Assembly (NCBI GenBank): GCA_963924565.1
Contig: OZ004609.1
Span: 26,040,001-26,104,000 of the forward strand
Direction of reading: 5' to 3'
Length of the DNA: 64,000 nucleotides
DNA from: Ascidiella aspersa
Lineage: Eukaryota
Shown: positions 28,801-40,000 of the stretch, one piece after another
Layout of the letters: the number at the start of each line of letters is the position of its first letter
Position numbering within the stretch: the first letter of the stretch is position 1
Translations under genes and position numbers: made by a program
Notes under the pieces: generated by a model
Database searches by the model: none
What the model was told of the DNA's origin: nothing
What the model saw: the letters and a program-made list of their open reading frames with translations, nothing else

Positions 28801-31800
28801 GTAGTAAGAAGTCATTTGGTATCGGGCGGACGTATATTTTGCTCAAAGTTTTTGGGAACCATCCTTCATAAAAAAAGATTTTCTATTTCGTCTACAAATA
28901 CCTAACAGTATTCCATTGAAACGCGGGAAATCATCAACCAAAATATTTTCCTTATGCAGTTTCTTCAACACTGAGCCGATTTTGTTTCACAATGGAGACG
29001 GCGCAAATCGGATCATTCGCGGAATCACCACCGAATCATCCCTCACCTTTGACTCCACATTCTCGCAAGATATGCAAAACTTTTTGTTTGCACCGACGGG
29101 TAATTTTTATTGATGTTTTAAAATCCCAACTATACCTCTGTCTTCTACGAGCTAGTCTTTTTTCCTTCATTTTTTATTTAAAAAACATTGTAGGCGACAA
29201 TACGACCCACCTAACTCTACACGAGACCCGAAAAATGTACAATGTAACAACCCGTTGATTTTTCACTCTTAAAATGTGTTATTTTGCGATCGTGTTTGTC
29301 AACGTGATGCGCGTAAAACGATTCGGTCACTAAGCGCGTATCATTGTGGGGAGAGGACAGAGATCAGCAAAACATGTATTTTATTTCTTAACAGGAACGT
29401 TTGGTCACGACTTGCTTTCCATTAATATTCAAAGAGGCAGAGACCACGGCATCCCGTCGTACAATGAATGGCGACAACTGGCCGGTTTAAGGAAGGCAAC
29501 GACGTTCGACGACTTTATCGAAATTCCTATTGACAGAAGGAACCGACTTCGCAACCTTTACAAGTAAGGCTGGTGGAAACACAAAGCAGACAGGGAATAA
29601 ATTAAAAGCCCTTAATTTTAACGCAGGCTTGACAGCAGTCTTGTAAATAAGTCATTTTGCAACGAATTAGTCCCAGTCAATTATTTGTAAAACAAAAAAG
29701 TCCAAGTCAAGTCTTTTGCTATAATAGGAAGTCCCAGTCTAAGTCATAAAATTCCCAAGTAGAGTCATTTTAAAAGCAAGTCAACTTTTAAGTTAAGTCA
29801 AGTCATTTGAAAACAGTGACTTAAGTCATTACAACACTGCTTGACAGCGCCTATAATATTAAACATGTGCCTGCATGTCAGCACTCCAGAAACTTAAATA
29901 TATTCAGTTTAATTATAGAAAATATGAACAAGATTTTAAACCGTTTATGCGCAGCTCTGCTGGTAGGCTACTCTTAATTCTGCAAATATATGTCCCAACG
30001 TTTTACCGGGCGCCGCATATTTGAGAGTGTAAACCTAACCTTTACAGCAACGCCGTCGACAACGTGGATCTCTACATCGGGGCGATTTCGGAGCGTTCTG
30101 TGCCTGGGGGCGTGGTCGGACCCACTTTTGCCTACATCATCGGACACCAGTTCCGCGACCTAAAGAGAGGCGATCGGTTCTGGTACGAGAACGGCGACGA
30201 CCAAACCTTTTTTACGCCTGGTCAGTTAAAATTTTACTCTTGTGCCCTAGTGTCGTCGTCACATTTATCCAATTGCTGTGGCGACAAAGCACGTTACAAT
30301 GACAGTTAGCCGAAGCGGTCATTGATCTTGTGTTATGGTCTCTTTAGGCCAACTCTGAGTGTCAAAAGTAGCGAAATGGGCATAAACGACTCTGTTGAAT
30401 AAGTTGTTGAACTTTTTATTGCTATTTATTTGATGCAAGCCCTACTCATATTTGGATTTTTTGAAGGCCACCCTTTGCCTGGCTTTAATTTTCAAGTGTG
30501 CCCAAGAAGTCTTTGCCAAGGGCCTTTCGCCATAAAGTGTTGTGCTTTTTTCTTAAAGCTGTCGCTTTTTACAGAACAACTTCAAGCCATTCGTCGCATT
30601 AACTTGGCGAACCTTATCTGCGACCAGATGAAAACCACACGAAGCATACAACCAAACCCGTTCTTACAAACCACCACGCCTGGCAACAGCCGTCAGCCGT
30701 GTAGCAGTTACGGGCATTTTGATCTTTCTGCGTGGGACCAAAATGGCTTTCAAAGGCCTGTTACAGGTAAGGTTTCGTAAAGTGAAATTACTTTTTATTT
30801 TGATAATATTTGAATTGCTTTGAAGATCAACATTGACCTTATTCAGCCGTTCCTTGAGGCAGTGCTTCTTAACCTAAGGGTCGCGACCCAAAATTGGGTT
30901 GCTGTTTGATTTGGTTGGTTGCCGCCTGAAGTAGTCGACTACAAATTTTATTACTGAGATCGGTGCAAAACAAAATGTCTTTCAAATTCAAGAAAACTAT
31001 TGGAGAAATACGAATGCATGGCTCATATTAATTAAATTGCAACTCATGTATGTTACTTGTCTTAAGGTTTGTTCACTTAATATGAAAATCACTGAAGGGA
31101 ATTTGGTCGCCAGCGTTTCTCTGTTATGTTTGAGCTTAGTATTTGTGTCGCCGCGAAAAAGAGGTTAAAAACTCTGCTTTTAGGGAAACTTATTGGAAAG
31201 GGTACAAGGGAAAAACGTCAAAAAATTTGTTTTTTAGGTTACTTTGCTTGGTATTGAGTAAAGTGCCGAAAACGACCACAAAATTGAAAACGGTTTCCTA
31301 TATTATTAAATAAATTGATATGCGACATCTTCTCTACGCAGGCTCCCCCTCGTTCGAGTGGACCCAATACTTTCCGCTAAACATCGGCAAAGAAGACAAG
31401 AAGCTCGACCCGATCGGACTGATGGACCATCTCAAGCTGAATAGACCCGACGATGTTTGTACGAGGCCGACAGGGTCCGAAACGCGAACAGTTAACGGCC
31501 GACAGCAAATGCGCTTCCGGTGTCCACCAGGCTCCCTCAAGTCGACTGTCTACCCTCCCGCGGACGTTAAGATAGGTACGCAAACTGCGAATCGTGTCAA
31601 TGGGTGTTTTGATGTGAGACCAGTATTTTTTTATAGATTTCGTAAGGTTACCGCTAAGAAATTTTAAGGGACAAAGCTTGTTTCTTTTTAAATAGGTATA
31701 TTTTAATCCTCTGCTGTATTGCCGAAATTATAGGCTCTATTCTGCCCGAGAAAATCTAAACGATCGTTGTGGTCCAAATCACCTAATGGGGCCATATACC

Positions 31801-34784
31801 GGGGTTTCGACAGTCCCAACCGTGTTTTATGTTAAACATGGCGTCTGATCTATTTAGTTGGCTTCATTTTATAATAGTCACTAATACATATTTCATGGTA
31901 CAAAAGAGTGGCGTTTGAATCACCTAATTTGGGAGATCCACAAATCACCTAATTATCCTATAGTAGGCTATAACTATAGATAGACCCATAACATGCTCGC
32001 AACTTTAGGAAGATGGACGGAATGGGAAGACAGGTCAACCCCGGGAAGAGATGACGACGAGTCTCGCGGACCAACGCACAGATGCCTTTCACCGATCGCA
32101 ATACAAGTGCAGACCCTACGCGGGGTATATACACATTTTTTTAATCAATTAACAGTTGTTAAAAGTGGTGTTTAAATGTATTTTTCGGACACAATGTTTC
32201 AAGATAGTGGGCTTCTTTTGACACAACGTTTAAATAAACAATCACAAAACACAACTTTTTAGAATGCGTTACATTCATGAGTATAAATCGACTTGAAACG
32301 AAAAAATGATAATCATATAAAAGCCGCTATACTTCCTAAGTGTTATTTCGCGTAGCAAAATATAGGTTAGTCGTACACCATTCGACTTTTCACTACGTTG
32401 AAATGCATTTTCAACAAATCTATTATCTTGCAGCAACCAGCAAGTGAAACGGGCAACGTGTTTGCGAAATTCGGCGTGTTCTCCGGATTTCTTTGTCGCG
32501 GAAAAGATCAGAGGTCGCGAAGATGCCGCGACTACAGGGTCCGCTATCTTTGCCGTGAGAGTAAGTTAATGAACTTATGGTAAAAAACCCAAAATCTATT
32601 AATAATTTTGGTCACGATCTGGATTTCGATACCGCGCTATTTGAAACGAGATCTGCGTTTTTCCGAAGCTAACTATCTGGATTTTGAAAAAACAAATGTT
32701 TAACGTTTAAGTCGAGTTTACAAATTCATGATCTGGATGATAAAAGCAAAAAATCGTAACAGTTTCACAAACACGGTTCGTTTTGACGCATTGCAAACTG
32801 ATAAGGGTATTTTTAGTTCGATCTGGACCTCTCAAGGACGACCCAGTGGATCCACCGAAACCATGCCGACCGACTCCACCGACTCCACCAACGCCCACAA
32901 GACCATCGGTTCCAGCAGGATTCAGATGGACTAGGTGGTCAAATCAGGGTAATCCATCTCCTGTAACTTTCGGCGACGACCAGGAGTTTCTTTTTTACGT
33001 CGGAAGCACGGTTGGATTTTGCCCGTAAGTGTATTATTACTGTTTGCTGGGATCGTAAAACGAAATTCCTATTTCTATACTGTAGCGAATCTATCTCTGC
33101 CAAAGTTTGGCAAGCGAAGGCTGGAACGCGTAAACTGAGACCTTATTTATCTGTTCATAAAATAACTTAATGATAATGTACTGTAAGATTTGGCTTATGA
33201 AAATTGATTAATTTAGGTGTTTTATATGTTAGTGAACACGTAACATATACTTAGCCGCAGAACTTTTTAGAAAGAGAGCTTGTTTCAAATTTTTTTTTTT
33301 TTCTTTGTTAATTTAACCCTTGTTTCTAATGCCAATGCTGTGACTAACCGCTATTTTTTAGAAATGACTTGACTTGGACTTAAGTCCAGAAAAAAAAAAT
33401 AAATAAAATGTCTGGTTTGTAACACTTTTATTAACAAATTTATGCCGTAAGGATACCGGTTAGTATTTTTTATTTATTTACGATTGCACTTGAAAGTCAC
33501 TAATTTTTCAAACCCGAAACAACTAGCAAGTCCAAATCAATTCATTATGCCTAAAAGACTGGAATCAAGCATTTTAAAAACAGTGCCTTAAATGCAATTA
33601 AGTCATTGTCATTGACATAATTAATTTCAACACTGGAGAAACCATTTAAAAAACACGTTGAGGTAATATTGTATCATAATTTTGATGCCGAGAAGTGCTT
33701 TTTGTTCATTCTGTAAGGTCTCCAACAGTAGGCTATCCCACCGAAAACACTAATTATAAAATCATTAAAATGGAGGATAAAAATATTTTTAGTTTTGCAA
33801 ACAATTTGCGAAAAAAATGTGTTTTTGCAGAAATCCAGTAAATATTGAAGTGAGAGAAGTAGGAACTAGAATACCAGCTGCTGCCACCGGCGACAGCATT
33901 CTGATTATGAATCGTGAGCAAGGATTTTACTGCCAGGGCGCCTCTCAACTCATCAGACAGACGTGTCGTAACTATGAAGTCCGATATCTCTGCAGGATAT
34001 CTGGTAAGTCAGGCAAACAGTTATCAGTTAATATGACGCAAAATAAAAACGTGAAATTCCATGGGTAAAAATTAAACCTAACAGTTGAATTAGACCTAAA
34101 AAGTCTATTTTTTTTCTGATAAAAGCCTTCTTTGCAGCACGATTAAAGCTTCCATGTCGGAACAGCAACAAAGTAAACAATTAGGCCGACAGAAATAAAC
34201 AGTTTTTTACCATAAAAAACATAAAACTTTTAAGCGCCTATAATTCAAACGAGTTTTTTAGAAAGGATATTTAGGATGCTTGACCTTCGGAAGCTAGTTT
34301 TATTGTTTCCAACTCTCGGATAGCTATATCGCATTCGCATTGTAAATATACGTTAAAATCTTTGCGTCACCTTTAGTACTATGCGACCGGCAAAACTGCT
34401 TTTCTTGTTTTGGTCATCATAATATTCTGAGTTGTACACTGTACAGGCCTGTCTTCAACAAGCTAAAAAACGTTTTTCCAGGGTCAAACATGAGAAACGG
34501 CCTTACCGCTTGTGGTTGAATTGGCATAAGGTTAAAATATATTTTTATGTATGATACAACTTAATTTCCTACATAAACTTTAAAGTAAACACGTGGGTAC
34601 ACTAGAGAGCCGGGATCGAAGCAAAATTCAGATTATTATGATCTCCGTTTTGCCAACATTGGTAACTTTTTCCTAGAATGCGAATTATATTCAACCGTTC
34701 GGCGACTTATTTATCACATATTTAATGTTTTTTTAAACAGATATTGTGAGGCGTCCTCCGGTGTTTGGTTTTCCGGGAGTGTGA
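22893..34784 (+). CDS. Secreted animal heme peroxidase with three C-terminal WxxW modules, paralog B, about 991 aa
   Basis: 20 exons with the same intron phases as paralog A: 22893-22965, 23268-23499, 25165-25271, 25374-25538, 25869-26012, 26258-26368, 26479-26646, 26978-27105, 27979-28092, 28425-28582, 28960-29099, 29395-29563, 30048-30220, 30575-30766, 31342-31575, 32009-32124, 32434-32560, 32817-33024, 33831-34003, 34741-34784. Motifs [75 protein letters not shown]. Exon 1 ([24 protein letters not shown]) and the last exon are the least certain. Confidence 0.92.
24287..24682 (-). mobile_element. 5'-truncated non-LTR retrotransposon (LINE ORF2 C-terminus) in intron 2 of peroxidase B
   Basis: Open frame [45 protein letters not shown] (CCHC zinc-knuckle-like ORF2 tail). 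(GAA)n 3' tail on the minus strand. Exact 10-bp TSD ATGAATACCT at 24277-24286 and 24683-24692. Confidence 0.9.
29636..29839. mobile_element. hAT-like MITE with internal AAGTC repeats
   Basis: TIRs CAGTCTTGTAA...TTACAACACTG and exact 8-bp TSD CTTGACAG (29628-29635 and 29840-29847). Degenerate relatives at about 11390-11450, 33360-33635, 42285-42470 and 44680-44920. Confidence 0.85.
30860..31176. mobile_element. hAT/Charlie-like non-autonomous DNA transposon remnant
   Basis: Ends CAGTGCTTCTTAACCT...AGGTTAAAAACTCTG with imperfect 8-bp flanks CCTTGAGG / CTTTTAGG. Confidence 0.6.
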
Positions 34785-34849
34785 AGGCTGTTCAACCAAC
34801 CGACTGCACAATCACGTCGACCATGTTATATTTACTTTGTACAGGAAAG

Positions 34850-34855
34850 AATAAA
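34850..34855 (+). terminator. Polyadenylation signal of peroxidase B
   Basis: AATAAA about 65 nt after the TGA stop. Confidence 0.6.
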
Positions 34856-35356
34856 TTCAAAAATCGAGTGAAACTTGTTTTGAGTGAATTGAAAGCAGCA
34901 ACAGGCATTCGTGAGGGCAAACGCAAGCTGATAGCCTATGAGTGTGTTAAGAATGAAAGGTAGCGACAAAAACACAAAACGAGCAGAACACATTTTTGAG
35001 TGGCTATTTTGGATTCGTTTCTACCCAACAAAATTAGAAAAGAGAGATTGAGCATTCCAATCACAATAAAACACTCGCATTGATGGCCAGAAATACACAG
35101 CGTTTAAACTTTAAAGGATGCCAGCAAACATAACATTTTACGCAACTACGACACAAAGCAAATAAGATTGGCAAACTATATTTTTCTACTTTATTTAAGT
35201 TTACTGAAAAGCATCAACTTATGTTCGAGATATAACTTTTCGCGCGTCGTTTTGTCAAAAGATAACACTACACAAAGTTGGGGCCTTCAAGGGGATAACC
35301 TAAAACCGAATAAAGTATTTCTACATAGACTTTGCAAGGTAAGACTTAAACAAAGA

Positions 35357-35441
35357 GCCTGCGGTGAGGTTCGAACTCACGACCTTAGCCATGCCATATG
35401 TCTCCCGGTGTGTTATATTCGTTTAACTCAAGCTATGAAGC
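35357..35441 (-). pseudogene. tRNA-derived remnant (tRNA pseudogene or SINE head)
   Basis: Minus strand reads ...AAGGTCGTGAGTTCGAACCTCACCGCAGGC, a perfect T-arm (GTGAG/CTCAC) with a B-box loop. The D-arm, anticodon arm and acceptor stem are degenerate. Confidence 0.55.
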
Positions 35442-37049
35442 TGAAGATCAAATAATCCAATTTGTCTCTTAATGATAACAATGACCTTGCTCGGTATTTA
35501 TCAAAGTAGTTTTCGAAACAAATATTGTACTCAGTTATAGGTATAAAATATCTTATTTGATAACTCTTTCTATTTGGCTGCTATCAAGGACATTTCTTCG
35601 TAAAACGTAACAAATATACAGTAAATGAGTTTGCTTTATTCAATTATGCTTAAACTTTCTTGTGTTAAACTTTTAAATAGACTGTTAAAGTTTTCTCCGG
35701 ATTCATAAAGCTCAAAGCTTGTAAAACGCGAACAAATTGCAAATAGTATGGTAACCTAAAAATGCTGGAAATCTTAGACCCCATAGTGAGTTAGATCAAC
35801 AGAGGTTGCCCACCATTTTAAAGATTCGATGTTTAGTCAAGTCTTGCGACCAATGCCTATTTTGTTGCATTAAAAGTTATGAAGTGAAATATTTCATCAA
35901 ACTACTCAACAAAATTGAAACAAAGAAACAAACAATCATAGGCATACAAAATAAATTACAAAAAGTCAAAAAAATAACATAAAATGAAGGATAAACTAAA
36001 ACTGCTGGCAAAAATTCCTGAAACGGTACGCTTGGGCAAAGCGCAAATAATCTGTTTAGTGAACGGTAATAGTAACGTTTTAATAAAAAATTGATCTGGT
36101 GTTTTTTTTGGGGGGAACCAAACTTTACTCTTTGCCGATAAATGATTTATATCAATTTCGTAGATAAACATAGCCTTATCTCAAATAAGTGGCCTTCGCC
36201 GAAGATGCAATGCAAAATGTAGTTTTCAGTTCTAAATTATACTCTTTCAAACCTTTGCCCTTTTGTCGGGTTTTTATCGGTATTACGTATATGTTTGAGC
36301 AAAGCATGTATTCAGACATCACATTTACATTATAAACCAAAAAGTATGCAATTTTAAATCGATGAGTAAGAATTTTTTTTTGTAGAAACTTGCATGCTGA
36401 GCCAATCTCTTGCGTGTTTTTCGAACCGAATTCGTAAAATGGTATCGATTTATTTGAAAACATCACCTTAACCTCGTTGTATAGTAGTGCACTTAATATT
36501 TTTCAAGAGAGACTCTGATGTTGTAAAGAAAGCCTAAATCAATAACCAAGTTTAGTCATGTAACGTTAAAGCTGGTGCCTTCCCACGATGTCATACAGCT
36601 GGGTCATGAATAAAAAACGTACAATTTATAAGAAAAATGCACTTGTGCACTTTAGGTTGGGTAACAAAAATCTTCTTTGTTTTCTGTCATGCTTAAGATG
36701 GATTGGTTAAACTGTGAATCATAAGTTAAAAAGATGCTTGCCACTGAAAACGTGTATTATATTTATATAGATATCAATGCAACAGTATTTTTTTCATTTT
36801 AATGAAAACAAACTAATAATGTGTTTAGCACTCCCGGATAAAACATCAACAAGACAATCACCTGTGCAAGTTTTCAGTAGGCTACGAACAACAGGTGCCT
36901 TGCAGAGCATAATTGTAACCAGAATAGCAATGCTACACCCTATGCGGATCCACCACGCCTGGCAAAATCGTCACGACTTGACACAGATCAGTTAGATAAA
37001 GTTACCCAGCGCCGTCACACCACCGAGTTTCAACGGGAATGACGGGTGC

Positions 37050-40000
37050 CGCCCTAATTGATCTTCCCACAATGCCCCCACTGTTGAGTGCCACAAAAGT
37101 CGCGCGGCCCGCCATTTTGCTTTTGTGGTCGGCCCTGGTCAATGGCGATCGGGTGACTTAATTGCTTCAACGCGAGCTTTTTTCGCGACGATCAACGGGC
37201 GCGCTGCTTTTCACTACTGATCTGAAAGCGGCTTTTTTCGAGCGAAGTGTTTCGGCTTGTTGGCGAAACACTTTAAATAACCCTGGCGCTGGCAAAAACA
37301 AACGACCTTTTCGACAGACGTTGGATACAGTTTGCGTCCCGAATGCAAAGCGAGCTTTCGGACGCGCCTGTTTAGCAAATTCGCGACAATGGGGTCCGTG
37401 CATTCAGCTGCCCTTCCATTAAACGCGATCTGTTTGTGGTGGTCGCCTGTGTGGGTGGAATAGCGCCACTTCTCCAGCCTTTTCGCTTGGAAATCGCCGC
37501 TTGGGCGACACACCTCGGCTATTCAAAGCGAAACGGATATATTTGGTGTGGAAATACGATAACCTGTTAGTTTGGCTACACATATATTTGAAAGAAAATT
37601 TGTTTCTGGTTGAGATCTACTTTTTATATAACTTCGTTTAACATTATGCGATGAAATAGTTTATAATTATGTTATTTTTGGCAGCACATACTTTTGGCAG
37701 CAACACAACAGTCATCGTAACACAAAAAATAAGTAAAACTATTGAAACACAGGTATTGTTGAATGTTGATATTGGTACCTAAAAACGTTTGCATCATTGT
37801 TAGTAATCATTCGCTATCGCTTAGGTTAGGCAACGCCTTTTTGCCCATTTTTTATTATTGAACGTATGTATAAACCAAAAACTTTTTCTTTTACAACTTT
37901 TACTTTTTCGCAATTTGTTTCTTTTACGTCATTTATAGTCACTATACAGCGAAGATATTAAAAGAAGTAAAGGTTTTTTTTTTCTGGATATTGGTTGGAA
38001 TAAGCTTTTTTTAACTTAGAATATTGGGTAACGTAAATAAAATACTAAAAAACATTGCTTCTCACAGATAAACGACGTGCTTTTGGGGTAGCGATAATAA
38101 TAATAAACTAAAATACTGCAACATCGGCCACCAATAATATATTGATCTAAGAATAATATTAAATTTAAAAATGTGTGTACCTTCATTTTACCCTTTATTA
38201 AAAAACTAAAATAGTTAAATTAATATGTGATGACTTACTAATTTAAACAGATCATTCATGCAGTTAATTTTTATTATTTTAATACGGAAGGCATATACCA
38301 ACATACCTCTTGTAATTAAATTTTGTGTCATAAAAGAAGTTAAAGAATCTAAATGCACCTGGGAAAATGGCCGCTTCGGAAAGCCGTTGTTTACTGCTAT
38401 TCGATTCATCAATGAGCCAGCCGCCAGCGCTTCCTTTTAACGGGTCGAAAGACAAGCGGGTCGGCAGAAAGGCCTTACACATTCACATCCCGCACAAGAG
38501 CACAATAGGTCGAAAAACATGAAATCGAGCACTGGAAAAACATTCTCGCCGATTCTTCGCCGACGCTTACAAGCTCGGCCACAAAGGCGAGTCGTCCCGA
38601 CAAGAACTGCGCCAACTTTAGCGGCAAGCGGCCGTTAACGGGCGGCGAGAAATTCCGGCGTCGGCGCAAAAACTCGGGTCGAACACGTGAGAAACATCGG
38701 CCCAATGCAAGGTGACTTTTGTGCGCTCCAACAATTGACAAGGACGAGCGGCTGTTAACAAGCCTCAACCCGCTGTCGGATCGTTGTAAAACACACGGAC
38801 TCGGCCGCTCAGCACCCCGCTGCATTCGCTAAATCGCGCAAAGGTTAGAAACAAGTGTTGGACACATGTAACTTTCATTGTGCAACCGGGCAAACAGCAG
38901 ATTGGCGTTTTTTTACATAAAAACATCTGATCTGTTTCGACCGTATAATGACGAAATAGCTGCCACTCAATATCCCTAAATTCTCGCATGCCAACGCATT
39001 TACAGAAAACGTTTACAAGCTGCACACTATAATATCTTCAAAAGCTAACTTAAATCATGGTCTTAAGTATAATTTCATATATATCCTGGCCATGGTTGCT
39101 TATGACGAAACAGTTTAGGTCTACGTGTACTCGGTGGAAAATACCTTCTAACAATGGCATCACGATCACGAGGTGAATAACATCCTAATTACAAACTCGT
39201 AGGCGGCAGCTATAGAAAACGGGGAAAATCTCCCGCGTCAGAGTGAAAAGTTCATTCCGCGGTAATATTCATTTTAATCGATAGCCCACAGAACGTAATC
39301 CTTAATCCGAACTTTATGCAATCGTATTTAAGGTATGTGCATCTTAAGGAATAAACTAATGCGATATGACAGATTACTTTATAGTCTTGGCGAATAGTTA
39401 AATTACAAAGCGAGCACAAATCAGTAAACAGATTTAATTTCTTTGAAAAACTTTGCAACTTGTTAACAAAAGAAATACACATGAGAAATTGTATCGACAT
39501 CTAAATCGAAAAAACCCACCGGTTGGTTTCAGCTATAATAAATGACAGTAGCGCACTATCGGTCACAATTGCACGAAGATTAAGTTTGATTTGAAAGGAG
39601 CCTTGTTTAAATTCTGGCTTTATGAATGTTTTTGTATAACCCGCCCCAAGGAATAGTTTTAGGTAAAATACTTAGAATCCGTTTCCACATGCATTGTTAT
39701 TTATGTGGACGATCACTAGTGTATATTTTATCTCACTGTATGAGGCTTTGGTTGAGTTATATGCTTGAAACACCTGTCTAAATGAGTTAACTGATTTTAT
39801 ATTGGCTGGGGAGCCTACGTTGATGTGGTCTCACTCGGGTGGGAGAGCAGCGACCATTTTAATATATCGTCAGATTACGCAGGTTAACGATGACACGGCG
39901 TTCTGTGTGGCGACACCTAGCGGCAAAGACTAGCAGCGGGGAAAAAGAGTTCAGATAGTTAAGCGAGCTTATATTTAGCGATTACATCGTCACGATGGGA

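Noticed and set aside
8208-34784. Calling the peroxidases TPO or peroxidasin
   Set aside because: No CCP/EGF/TM and no LRR/Ig/VWC exons were found, so orthology cannot be assigned without a tree.
35357-35441. Functional tRNA gene
   Set aside because: Only the T-arm is intact. Acceptor, D and anticodon stems do not pair.
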